A stretch of DNA of 64,000 nucleotides from positions 23,510 to 87,509 of IMG/VR virus record IMGVR_UViG_2675903038_000001; one strand, written 5' to 3'. Within the stretch, counting starts at the first letter, position 1, and each line of letters starts with the position of its first letter. This stretch comes from a virus. Its lineage: Duplodnaviria > Caudoviricetes. The position numbers were made by a program, and so were the translations under genes. Below, one piece after another: positions 55,318 through 63,907 of this stretch. Below the pieces are notes generated by a model that searched no databases, was not told the origin of the DNA, and saw nothing but the letters and a program-made list of their open reading frames with translations.

Positions 55318-56532
55318 ATGACTATTCAAGCTAATGCTCAAGGTGTGGTTACTGGCAAGTTCACTATTCCCGCTGGCTTGCCAGCAGGATCCAAGCGAGT
55401 TCGATTCAATGGCGCTGGCGGTTCTCATGGAGATGCCGTTTTCGTTGGCAATGGCACCATCAACAGCCAAGTTCTCAGGAGTGTTACGACAACCACTGTT
55501 ACGTTTTTCGGGGCTCGTGTTGACCCTCTAGCTCAGACATTTTCTTTAGAGCAGCCTGCTCAGATCGCGGCTATAGACCTGTGGTTCTCTGCGAAAGGTT
55601 CTTCCGATGTAGTAATGCAGATTCGCGAAACCAGCAACGGCGTGCCCAATCAGTCCGTGGTTGGAGAGGCCAGGTTAGCCCCGTCCGCGATCAGTACCAC
55701 GGTGCACACCAGGGTAACATTTCCAGCGCCTATTCATCTTTTGGCTGGAGTCGAATATGCTCTGGTTGTCATGTGTGACGATGCCGTGACTGAAATGCGC
55801 ATTGCCGAGTTGGGCAAATGGGATGCGGCAAGCAGTCGCTGGGTGACCAGCCAGCCTTATCAGGTGGGCGTGTTGTTATCCTCTTCCAACGCATCTACAT
55901 GGACGGCCCACCAAGATCGCGATTTAGCATTCCGGCTAAACAAGGCTGTATTCACCCAGACAAATAAAACCGTTTCTCTGGGAAGCATCGCCGTTACCGA
56001 TGCAACAGATTTGATGCTGATAGCCGCCGAAGAGTTGCCCAGTAGCGTGACGCGAATTGAGTACGAATTATCCCTTCCCGGGGGTGAAATTATAAGTGTT
56101 TCTGCTGGTCAGCCCATACGGTTGACTGCAGCAGTGACTGGTAATATCGGCATATCAGCCAAGATGTATGGTTCTGCGGATGCATCCCCTATCTTATTTC
56201 CCGGCACGCAGCTTGTGGTGGGATCGGTATCTGCAAACGGCGATTATGTTTCCCGCGCAATCAAAGGTGGAACCAATGTAAGCGTGAAGGTATTGTTTGA
56301 TGCGATCATCCCTGGTGGCTCATCCGTGGTTGTGAAATACAAGGGCGTTGATGTTGGGGACACCTGGACAACGGTTCCTTATGTGTCCTCCTCTCCAATT
56401 GACGATGGTTTCTACGAAATGAAACACGAGATTGCTAGCGTCAACGAAGACATGATTCAGATCAAGCTTGAGCTGGCTGGCGCCACATCAGCTCGTCCTC
56501 GCGTGAAAAATCTTCGTTTCATGACGATATGA
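55318..56532 (+). CDS. Baseplate / virion structural protein
   Basis: GKFTIPA, DPLAQTF, GVLLSSSNASTWTAHQDRDL, PRVKNLR. Confidence 0.75.
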   Translation: MTIQANAQGVVTGKFTIPAGLPAGSKRVRFNGAGGSHGDAVFVGNGTINSQVLRSVTTTTVTFFGARVDPLAQTFSLEQPAQIAAIDLWFSAKGSSDVVMQIRETSNGVPNQSVVGEARLAPSAISTTVHTRVTFPAPIHLLAGVEYALVVMCDDAVTEMRIAELGKWDAASSRWVTSQPYQVGVLLSSSNASTWTAHQDRDLAFRLNKAVFTQTNKTVSLGSIAVTDATDLMLIAAEELPSSVTRIEYELSLPGGEIISVSAGQPIRLTAAVTGNIGISAKMYGSADASPILFPGTQLVVGSVSANGDYVSRAIKGGTNVSVKVLFDAIIPGGSSVVVKYKGVDVGDTWTTVPYVSSSPIDDGFYEMKHEIASVNEDMIQIKLELAGATSARPRVKNLRFMTI

Positions 56533-56544
56533 GGCGTGTGATCT

Positions 56545-58350
56545 ATGCCTATTGACGACAGAACAGTAAATTTTAATTTACCGTTACCTAATTCAGATAA
56601 TTTCTTGTTTAACGATGTTGAGCGAATTAGAGGAGCGTTTGCGCAAATAGATCATGAACTGCATGGTCTATCGTCTTCTTTATTAGGTATTGGTGGGAAT
56701 TCTGCTAGCGGTTCCATCACCCTAACATCTTCTTCCGAAACGATTCAAAGCATTACTCCAACAGAAAGCGGTAATTATGTAACGTTGCCTGACGCTACGA
56801 CGATGAATGCAGGTATTCCATCATTCGCTATTCAGAATGCTGGCTCCCATGATCTGGGTATCATGGATTCTGCCGGGAAGAAGTTGGGTTGGATTCGCTC
56901 TGGGCAGACGGGGATTGTTGGTCTTGTGGACAACACAGCTGTTAATGGTGTTTGGGTAACTGTTGGTATTGAAAAGCTTGGTGTGACAGCATCGAAGGGA
57001 TTTTATTCACTTACGGGCATGTCCAGCTCTTTTAGTATGAAAGCTATAGCGGTTGATCAAAATCGCACACTGATTTTGTTTGGCGCCACAGTATTGAATG
57101 CCATTGTGTACGATGCTAACACCCGCTCTTTCGGTCAACCAACAGTTGTGATTGCAACCATCAACAATGGTTTAATTGAGGGAATTCTCGCTTCTGCAGA
57201 CAAAGTTCTGGTGCTCGGAGCAACAGCTAGTGATTTGTGCGGCGTGATTCTCTCCTTGTCCGGAACCACCATTTTTCCTGGCCCGGTCGGCACTCGCTCA
57301 ACAAACATACCGGATAAGATGGGTATGCTGGTGGAACTTGGAAATTCCGGCACGACATTCGCCTTCACTCAGGGGCGCAGTAGCGGTCCATATGCAGAGA
57401 TCTGTGCAATTAGTATTTCTAATGATACGGTTGCCATCGGTGATACGCTGGCGCTAGATCGCCCGACAGACAAAAAAAGCGGATTGGTTCTGATTCCTAT
57501 TTCTGAATCTACTGTGCTGTCGCTCAATAGTGATGGCACCAACATTTCTGCAAAGCCTCACAGCATTTCCGGCATAACAGTGACTCCTGGCAGCGCAGCC
57601 TTGCTAACTACAACTCAGCCAGAATTTCGTTGGTTGGTTCTACCTTCAGGGCGTGTGGCCGTAATTTACGCCAATTTGGATAAAGCGCATGGAGCTATCA
57701 TATCCGTTACTGGAATGACGGCGTCCGCTTCTGATGTTGTTCTTGGAGATTATTTTGGTAGCTCTGGTTTTTTATCATCAAGCATAGCTGCTGTCATTGA
57801 GTCCGGCAAGGTCGTTGTTGTGAATTATAGTGCTGCCGGTTCTTTATCATCTAATATTTTGACAGACTCATCTGGTGTTGCAAGTGCAGGAACAGCTTCT
57901 ATTATTCAACTGAATTCTGGGATTTCAGGTTTCAATATCGTTTCCGTAAGTGGGGACGTCATTTCTTTGTCTATTGGAGATGATAATTCTTTCGCGTTGA
58001 TTAATGTTGACGCATCTGGTGTCAGCCCAGTCATAGGTATAGTTGATACATTCTCCATCGCTCTTTCACGACAGAATTTTATTGCTTATGCATTCGATAA
58101 AAACCAGTTCAATTACCGCATAAATTCTATTGGGAATGGATCTACAAAATACGCTCCCAATTTAATTAACGCTGCTGTGGCCCTGGGCTATACCAGCAAA
58201 CGGATTTTCAAGGTTGACCCACCAGTTATCCGTGCTATGGGGTGGACAGCCAATTCATTTGGCGTATCTCCTAGTGGTAATGACCTGTGGATCGTAAGCT
58301 GTGGTGGGGCGGCTAGTGCAATGATTGCTTGCTTGGAGGCGGCAGAATGA
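56545..58350 (+). CDS. Tail fibre / receptor-binding protein
   Basis: DDRTVNFNLPLP anchor, VTLPDATT, Ser/Gly-rich beta-repeat body. Confidence 0.72.
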   Translation: MPIDDRTVNFNLPLPNSDNFLFNDVERIRGAFAQIDHELHGLSSSLLGIGGNSASGSITLTSSSETIQSITPTESGNYVTLPDATTMNAGIPSFAIQNAGSHDLGIMDSAGKKLGWIRSGQTGIVGLVDNTAVNGVWVTVGIEKLGVTASKGFYSLTGMSSSFSMKAIAVDQNRTLILFGATVLNAIVYDANTRSFGQPTVVIATINNGLIEGILASADKVLVLGATASDLCGVILSLSGTTIFPGPVGTRSTNIPDKMGMLVELGNSGTTFAFTQGRSSGPYAEICAISISNDTVAIGDTLALDRPTDKKSGLVLIPISESTVLSLNSDGTNISAKPHSISGITVTPGSAALLTTTQPEFRWLVLPSGRVAVIYANLDKAHGAIISVTGMTASASDVVLGDYFGSSGFLSSSIAAVIESGKVVVVNYSAAGSLSSNILTDSSGVASAGTASIIQLNSGISGFNIVSVSGDVISLSIGDDNSFALINVDASGVSPVIGIVDTFSIALSRQNFIAYAFDKNQFNYRINSIGNGSTKYAPNLINAAVALGYTSKRIFKVDPPVIRAMGWTANSFGVSPSGNDLWIVSCGGAASAMIACLEAAE

Positions 58351-58763
58351 AAAAACTTGTGACTCAGGCAGGTATATTCGGCCCGTATCGCGAGATCGAA
58401 GTGCTGGATGATCGTTATCGCTGTGATGGCGTTGATTTTCCATTTACGGTAGTCGGAGAGGGCGTCATTGAGGAAGCACAGTCGGGTGATTTTCCGCTAC
58501 CAGAGGCGCTACAACCTGAAGTACCCCAATCAGTCACCATGCGCCAAGCTCGCCTGGCCTTGCTGAATATCGGCAAGTTGAACGATGTGGACGCGGCACT
58601 TGCATCTATTCCAGACGAGACTCTGCGCAAGGCCGCGCAGATCGAGTGGGAATACGCGCTCGAAGTGCAGCGTAATCACGTCCTGGTACAGCAAATCGCG
58701 TCTTCGCTGGGCCTAGGCAATCAAACACTCGATAATTTATTTATTGAAGCTGGGAAGCTTTGA
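58347..58763 (+). CDS. Tail fibre assembly-like protein
   Basis: VPQSVTMRQARLAL...AQIEWEYA...LDNLFIEAGKL. Confidence 0.72.
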   Translation: MKKLVTQAGIFGPYREIEVLDDRYRCDGVDFPFTVVGEGVIEEAQSGDFPLPEALQPEVPQSVTMRQARLALLNIGKLNDVDAALASIPDETLRKAAQIEWEYALEVQRNHVLVQQIASSLGLGNQTLDNLFIEAGKL

Positions 58764-58818
58764 CATCCTCCTTCGCCTAGCGCGGATTTTTTGTTTCCCT
58801 GCCTTAGATTAAATTGTA

Positions 58819-58834
58819 GTCGTGACACGACAAT
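58819..58834 (+). promoter_or_regulatory. Putative late promoter for the lysis cluster
   Basis: GTCGTGA-CAC-GACAAT. Confidence 0.68.
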
Positions 58835-58871
58835 GGGTTGGTATTTCTACACTCGTTGAGGGGAACGGCTA

Positions 58872-59357
58872 ATGGGGGCAGGCTCAAATGAACATCTAAG
58901 CAGAAAATTATCGCCACACTTTACGCTCGATGAACTAATACATTCAGACAAAGCCATTGAGCTGGGGATAGATAACACCCCTCCGGTGGAAGTATTGAGC
59001 GGCCTGATTTTGCTCTGTGAAAAAATATTGGAGCCGGTTCGGGCCCACTACGGCAAGCCATTCCGTCCGAACAGTGGATATAGATCACCTGCGCTAAATA
59101 AGGCAATTCCCGGAAGCAGCAAAACATCGCAGCACATGCTTGGGCAGGCAGTCGATTTTGAGGTGCCCGGGGTATCAAACTATGATCTTGCTTGTTGGGT
59201 AAAAGATAACCTGATCTTCGATCAACTCATTCTTGAAAACTACACCTCTGGAATTCCTAGTTCCGGTTGGGTGCATGTATCCCTTAAGCCAGATCAAAAC
59301 AGGATGCAATGCCTGACGATCAAGGGTAAGAACAAACAACAAGGTTTGATCAAATAA
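58872..59357 (+). CDS. Peptidase M15A endolysin
   Basis: LSPHFTLDEL, SGYRSPALN...SQHMLGQAVD...WVHVS. Confidence 0.9.
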   Translation: MGAGSNEHLSRKLSPHFTLDELIHSDKAIELGIDNTPPVEVLSGLILLCEKILEPVRAHYGKPFRPNSGYRSPALNKAIPGSSKTSQHMLGQAVDFEVPGVSNYDLACWVKDNLIFDQLILENYTSGIPSSGWVHVSLKPDQNRMQCLTIKGKNKQQGLIK

Positions 59358-59704
59358 TGGGACATGAAATGCCAGATCCACAATGTCCTCACGCCATGCA
59401 GATAGGACAAAACTCAGCGAAGATTGCATCCCTTGAAAAGGAGATCGCCAGTCTAACTAAATCACAACAAACCAGCATTGCAGAGTTAGAAAAAAAATTA
59501 AGCAAACTGACTGCGATGGCTCAGAGCAGTGCTATGCAGGTTGTTGAGGATAAGGCCAAGAAATCCGGTTTTATACGCGGTATGCACATGACTGCAACTT
59601 TGATTGGCTACGGAATCATCATTGTTGCGCTGATACTGGCCGGAAAAGTGACGGGCGGACTTGATATGTTTGTCAGATTTTTGGGATCTCTTGATCTGAA
59701 ATAG
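59357..59704 (+). CDS. Putative holin-like membrane protein
   Basis: Coiled coil plus C-terminal TM helix, adjacent to the endolysin. Confidence 0.5.
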   Translation: MGHEMPDPQCPHAMQIGQNSAKIASLEKEIASLTKSQQTSIAELEKKLSKLTAMAQSSAMQVVEDKAKKSGFIRGMHMTATLIGYGIIIVALILAGKVTGGLDMFVRFLGSLDLK

Positions 59705-60267
59705 TGGATAAAACATCAGATCAACTAATCATTGAGTGCGCCCCGTTAGTTAAGCGTATTGCGCGCCATATGATGGTCAAGCTGCCAACAAGCGTGGAAG
59801 TGGACGACTTAATTCAGGCAGGCATGATTGGCTTACTGGATGCAATCAGGTTGCACGGTGAGTTACCAGGACAGAGCTTCCAGAATTACGCATTTACGCG
59901 CATTCGTGGAGCAATGCTTGATGCTTTGCGCAGGGACGATTGTATTGGGAGGCCGCACCGGGAGAAGATCAAAAGGGGTGAATCTGAGGAGGTAATTATC
60001 TCGTCTTTTGAAGATGCTCTCGAAGAGGGGTTCGATCTTATCAGTCAGGAAGATACCCCGCTCGAGTATCTAATCAAGAAAGACCTTGTAATAAAAGCGG
60101 TCGGGTTTTTTGATGGGCTCAGTGAGAAACACAAAAAACTGATGACGATGCGCTATGTCGATGGCGTGAGTTTGCGGGGGATAGGTCGAATCATGGGTAA
60201 AAGCGAGGCATGGGCGTGTATTCAGCACAAAGAAATTTTAAACCAACTGGAAGGAGTATTAAATTGA
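59704..60267 (+). CDS. FliA/WhiG-like sigma factor
   Basis: PLVKRIARHMMVKLPTSVEVDDLIQAGMIGLLDA...YAFTRIRGAMLDALRRDD; region-4 HTH SLRGIGRIMGKSE. Confidence 0.88.
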   Translation: MDKTSDQLIIECAPLVKRIARHMMVKLPTSVEVDDLIQAGMIGLLDAIRLHGELPGQSFQNYAFTRIRGAMLDALRRDDCIGRPHREKIKRGESEEVIISSFEDALEEGFDLISQEDTPLEYLIKKDLVIKAVGFFDGLSEKHKKLMTMRYVDGVSLRGIGRIMGKSEAWACIQHKEILNQLEGVLN

Positions 60268-60788
60268 TAAAAAGGCTGATTTTAATTTCGTTTGTCACGG
60301 TTTTAATGGCTGGTTGCCAGTCTCTGAAGCCGCAGGCCGAGAAGGCGGTTGATGTGATGGCTAAAGCTACATACGTAGATGAGATGATCAAGAGCGGGGC
60401 GGTATTAGATAGTTTGTTCGATAGCGATCTTTCTCAAGAGGAAATCGAAATAATCAATAAATCACTCCTAGCTTATAACGATTTTACGGGTAAGTGGGGG
60501 AAGATCATTGTAAAAAACCCGTTGGAGGCAGTGAGCCATACCAGCTTGATCATATCTGAATACAACGTGCTAAGAATCCGCTATGCAGAAATAGAGCGGA
60601 TTGCAACAACTCATTGGACACGCTACCCGGAAGACAGTCAGTTCCTGTTGCTCGAATACCAAAGGCAAGCCAAATCCTTGGATGATCTGGTGATGAGCTT
60701 ACTCTCTCAATCCAAAACCAATACTGCTTTGCTTGCTATCCAGAGGATGGCGGTCGTTGCCGGTCAAATCGCGCTCAAACTGATTTAA
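60264..60788 (+). CDS. Lipoprotein
   Basis: AAGGAG RBS, TTG start, lipobox LMAG-C. Confidence 0.7.
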   Translation: MIKRLILISFVTVLMAGCQSLKPQAEKAVDVMAKATYVDEMIKSGAVLDSLFDSDLSQEEIEIINKSLLAYNDFTGKWGKIIVKNPLEAVSHTSLIISEYNVLRIRYAEIERIATTHWTRYPEDSQFLLLEYQRQAKSLDDLVMSLLSQSKTNTALLAIQRMAVVAGQIALKLI

Positions 60789-60798
60789 GGAGCCTCTA

Positions 60799-60918
60799 AT
60801 GCGGATATTAGACAATCTTGATCTTGTTTTTGAGCGCGCAAGAAGAAGAGTAAACGCGGGAGTAGATATATCTGCAGCGAGGCATCTGTATTACCTTTTT
60901 CGGGGGATAGTACCGTGA
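60799..60918 (+). CDS. 39-aa hypothetical protein (not in ORF track)
   Basis: TAAGGAG RBS, MRILDNLDLVFERARRRVNAGVDISAARHLYYLFRGIVP, GTGA overlap with the next gene. Confidence 0.5.
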   Translation: MRILDNLDLVFERARRRVNAGVDISAARHLYYLFRGIVP

Positions 60919-61274
60919 ATATTGATTTTTTAAGCAACATAGCGCCGTTTGCGGGTAATTTCCGCGAGACATTCTTTCTGCTGATTGGTGCGGTAGGCAT
61001 GTTGCTGATGCTGTATCTGCGCGACTATCGGTTAAGTGAGCATGCAGGGCGTGGGTACCTTTTTTATTTGTTCGAGGCTGATCGCAAGAAAACAGATGAT
61101 GTCATGATCATTCTGCTCGGCCTGATCTGTGCCGAGTTGGTGACTGGCACTTTAACAGGACTAGACTCGCAACAGCTACTGATGGCCGGGGCTGGCTTGG
61201 GAGCCGCGACAAAGATTAAGGCCGGTGGTAGCGACACGAATAATGCCGCTATCGCAAACGTGCAAAAGGAGTAA
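60915..61274 (+). CDS. Membrane protein (holin candidate)
   Basis: Two to three hydrophobic segments in the lysis cluster. Confidence 0.55.
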   Translation: MNIDFLSNIAPFAGNFRETFFLLIGAVGMLLMLYLRDYRLSEHAGRGYLFYLFEADRKKTDDVMIILLGLICAELVTGTLTGLDSQQLLMAGAGLGAATKIKAGGSDTNNAAIANVQKE

Positions 61275-61760
61275 TTGCAAATGCTGATGCCAACATTAAA
61301 GCCAATACCAATCGACACGAAAAATAAAACCTTTTGGCAAAAGGTCTGGATCCTGCTTACCTGTGTACGCAACTGGGAACTGGTTGATGATTGGGTATTT
61401 ATCATGCCGTGCGGCACTCTAATTGTAATCCCGCGAGGATTTGTAATGGATGGCGCCAGTACACCCAGATTCATGTGGGGATTGCTCGATCCAGTAGGAA
61501 TTCTGCTAATACAGGGAATTATTCACGATTACGGGTACCGGTATAACTATCTGTGGGCGGTCGATGGAAAAGGTTGTCGTTACAAGTATCACGAAGGTCA
61601 AGGCAGGGAGTTTTGGGACAAAATTTTTCTGGAAGTCGGCTTGCACGTGAACGAAATGCAGATTACTGGCTATTTGAGCTGGCTCATGCTTCGCTTGTTT
61701 GGCGGAAAAGCGTGGGAGGAAAACCGCATACGTAATGCTCCGGAATTATTGCCGCAATAG
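61275..61760 (+). CDS. DUF1353 family protein
   Basis: IPRGFVMDGASTPR...IIHDYGY...DKIF...RLFG. Confidence 0.85.
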   Translation: MQMLMPTLKPIPIDTKNKTFWQKVWILLTCVRNWELVDDWVFIMPCGTLIVIPRGFVMDGASTPRFMWGLLDPVGILLIQGIIHDYGYRYNYLWAVDGKGCRYKYHEGQGREFWDKIFLEVGLHVNEMQITGYLSWLMLRLFGGKAWEENRIRNAPELLPQ

Positions 61761-61860
61761 AGAGCAATCTCCAGAAGTAAAAATCTAAAGTAAAAAATAC
61801 TACCTGCCGTTAATAATATTTCACAATGTTTTATCGTGATTACTTTAGTAAGAAAAGTAA

Positions 61861-61900
61861 AAAACCCCGCCGGATTTGTATGGGATTCGGTGGGGTTTTG
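61861..61900. terminator. Bidirectional terminator-like hairpin
   Basis: AAAACCCCGCCGGAT...ATTCGGTGGGGTTTT between convergent units. Confidence 0.65.
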
Positions 61901-62018
61901 CTTTGAACTAGGATAAAATTTACCTTAGTCCATTACGATCCACCCAATTAAGGCAGGCGTATTTACCGCTGATTAGCGTCGTGGATTCTTTATGAATAAC
62001 GGCTTCGCTGTTATGTCT

Positions 62019-62051
62019 TATACCCTCGCCCTGAAGGACGGGATTTTACGG
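62019..62051 (+). mobile_element. IS200/IS605-family end remnant
   Basis: TATACCCTCGCCCTGAAGGACGGGATTTTACGG hairpin. Confidence 0.5.
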
Positions 62052-62076
62052 TGTACTGGATAATAATGAACTGGCA

Positions 62077-62301
62077 TTATTTAATATACCTCAATCCTTC
62101 AAATTCAGGTAATTCCCGCCAGGCAATAGGTTGTTTATTCCTAATATGGGAAGATGCGCATCCGTATAAAGAAAAACCAAGGAATAAATCTGTAGAATAA
62201 TCATATTGCCCGATATCAACATTAATCCTGTGACCAGGATCATATGCTAGCAATATCCTTCTATCCTTCGGTGCAGATTCTATCGGTTTCCACTCTGCCA
62301 T
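62077..62301 (-). CDS. DUF551-like small phage protein
   Basis: WKPIESAPKD...PIAWRELP. Confidence 0.75.
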   Translation of the reverse strand: MAEWKPIESAPKDRRILLAYDPGHRINVDIGQYDYSTDLFLGFSLYGCASSHIRNKQPIAWRELPEFEGLRYIK

Positions 62302-62311
62302 CTATATCCTC

Positions 62312-62551
62312 CTAAACTCTGTCTTCCATACGTACTGATTCAGATCCACGATCCGGATCCGTAGATGGATTCTCAAAGTGTGACTTGTAACTAGAAACTG
62401 GATGCACGAAGAATAGCTCTCGATCTAAATAGTCACTGTGATAATTATCACATCCATTTTCTCGCCATAAGTCTAATGTTCCTCCGCAATTGCATCTTTC
62501 CCGTGTTCTCAAGAGAATTGGAGACCCGTCCATTGCAGACAGACTCTCCAT
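62312..62551 (-). CDS. Hypothetical protein
   Basis: 79-aa ORF in line with its neighbours. Confidence 0.4.
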   Translation of the reverse strand: MESLSAMDGSPILLRTRERCNCGGTLDLWRENGCDNYHSDYLDRELFFVHPVSSYKSHFENPSTDPDRGSESVRMEDRV

Positions 62552-62563
62552 GCATACTATATG

Positions 62564-62932
62564 CTAATCAGGCTCGATATGCTTGCCACGCACATAAGCA
62601 GGCTTCAATCCCATCTTGCGGAAGAATTTATGCCCTTGTCTATTGTGCCTGGCTTTCGGCTCAAACCCATTTCTGGCCAGATATGCGAACACATGGTAAT
62701 ACTGATCATCTGTGACAATATCCATCACGGCGCTGTGGGGAGAAGGATAGTTCAATCCATTCTCATAAACTCGCATGATGTACGTGTTCTCTGATGTTTG
62801 CTGGATGGAAACTTCATCCATGATCGTTAGCCTTATTTCTGCTAACCATGGATTTGATGATTGAACGCTTAGAGTTAATACTCTTGAATCATCGTTTGAT
62901 TCTGATGTGGTACTTAGATTTGTTGCTGACAT
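62564..62932 (-). CDS. Hypothetical protein
   Basis: AAAGGAGG RBS; 122 aa. Confidence 0.6.
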   Translation of the reverse strand: MSATNLSTTSESNDDSRVLTLSVQSSNPWLAEIRLTIMDEVSIQQTSENTYIMRVYENGLNYPSPHSAVMDIVTDDQYYHVFAYLARNGFEPKARHNRQGHKFFRKMGLKPAYVRGKHIEPD

Positions 62933-62962
62933 GCTCGACCTCCTTTAGTCGTCCTTGAGTAG

Positions 62963-63018
62963 ATGCTGCGGAAACCAGCAAGGAAACTGGCTTGTCGGGT
63001 GCCCCCTATCCGCAGCAT
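62963..63018 (-). ncRNA. Structured cis-regulatory RNA candidate
   Basis: 10-bp closing stem ATGCTGCGGA/TCCGCAGCAT enclosing GGG-GGCA-CCC and CCAG-TTTCCTTG-CTGG hairpins. Confidence 0.5.
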
Positions 63019-63200
63019 TTGGATTATATCTTGTGTACTAAATTTTCATTGGGAATGATTATTAATTTCGCTAAAAACTGTTCCGCAATAAATGTCCGAT
63101 TGAATGTGTATAGAAAATTAACATTTGAATGGTCTACATATGGTCTACTTGATAATTTGACATCTATATAAAACAACAAGATACGATGATATACCGCAAA

Positions 63201-63223
63201 TTCGAATCCCGCCTTCTCCGCCA
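63201..63223 (+). other. att site: 3' fragment of tRNA-Ser (prophage right boundary)
   Basis: TTCGAATCCCGCCTTCTCCGCCA with no tRNA 5' half upstream. Confidence 0.8.
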
Positions 63224-63388
63224 TTTTCCGGCCCACACAAATCCGTAGCAATCCGCGAAACGCAATAAACAAGCAGATTTACAATAACTTCAACTCCGTA
63301 TTAGTCCGAGATAATCCGCTGGAAGCCAGTAAAAAAATGTGGTAAAAAGTGTGGTAGCTATTTTTACCACATTAAAAGTTACCACATT

Positions 63389-63907
63389 ATGGCCCTGAAA
63401 GAATTACTGACAGACTTGGCTTGCAAGAATGCCACTGCTGAAAGCGCCAAGATACGCAAGTTACACGATGGCCAAGGGCTTTATCTTTGGATATATGAAG
63501 ATGGTCGCAAATATTGGCGATTGCGTTACAAGATCCATGACAAAGAAAAATCCCTCTCACTGGGCGTCTATCCTGTAGTGGGATTAAAGCAAGCCAGACA
63601 GTTTGCGCAAGCTAAACGTGTCAAGCTGGCAAGCAATATAGACCCTTCTATTGATCGTCGAATAAACAAGCAAAAAGCAAAAGAAGCTGCTGCTAATAGC
63701 TTTGAGGCTGTTGCTCGTGAGTGGTACAGAAAACAAACGCATACCTGGGTACTAAGTCATAGTAAGGATGTATTGCGCAGGCTTGAAGGGAATGTATTCC
63801 CTTATATCGGTGCGTACCCTATCAGCACGATAGAAGCCCCACAATTACTTAATATGATTCGTATCATTGAACATCGTGGTTCTTTTGATCTAGCCCATAG
63901 AGTGCTA
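63389..63907 (+). pseudogene. P4-type tyrosine integrase, truncated by an IS
   Basis: LTD...KLHDGQGLYL...KYWRLRY...LSLGVYPVVGLKQAR arm-binding domain; catalytic domain missing. Confidence 0.88.

Larger units (their letters stand above)
1..63223 (+). mobile_element. Prophage (late/morphogenesis half of a large temperate myovirus); left end outside window
   Basis: Contiguous terminase-portal-capsid-sheath-baseplate-lysis genes ending at a tRNA 3' fragment at 63201-63223. Confidence 0.93.

Noticed and set aside
36821-56532. Stand-alone tailocin, eCIS or T6SS
   Set aside because: Terminase, portal and capsid genes are present, so this is a phage tail
61834-61850. ATCGTGA-T-TACTTT as another late promoter
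   Set aside because: Spacer is 1 nt rather than 3 and it faces a terminator with no gene
63150-63223. Complete tRNA gene
   Set aside because: Only the T-loop and acceptor 3' strand are present; upstream sequence cannot form the cloverleaf
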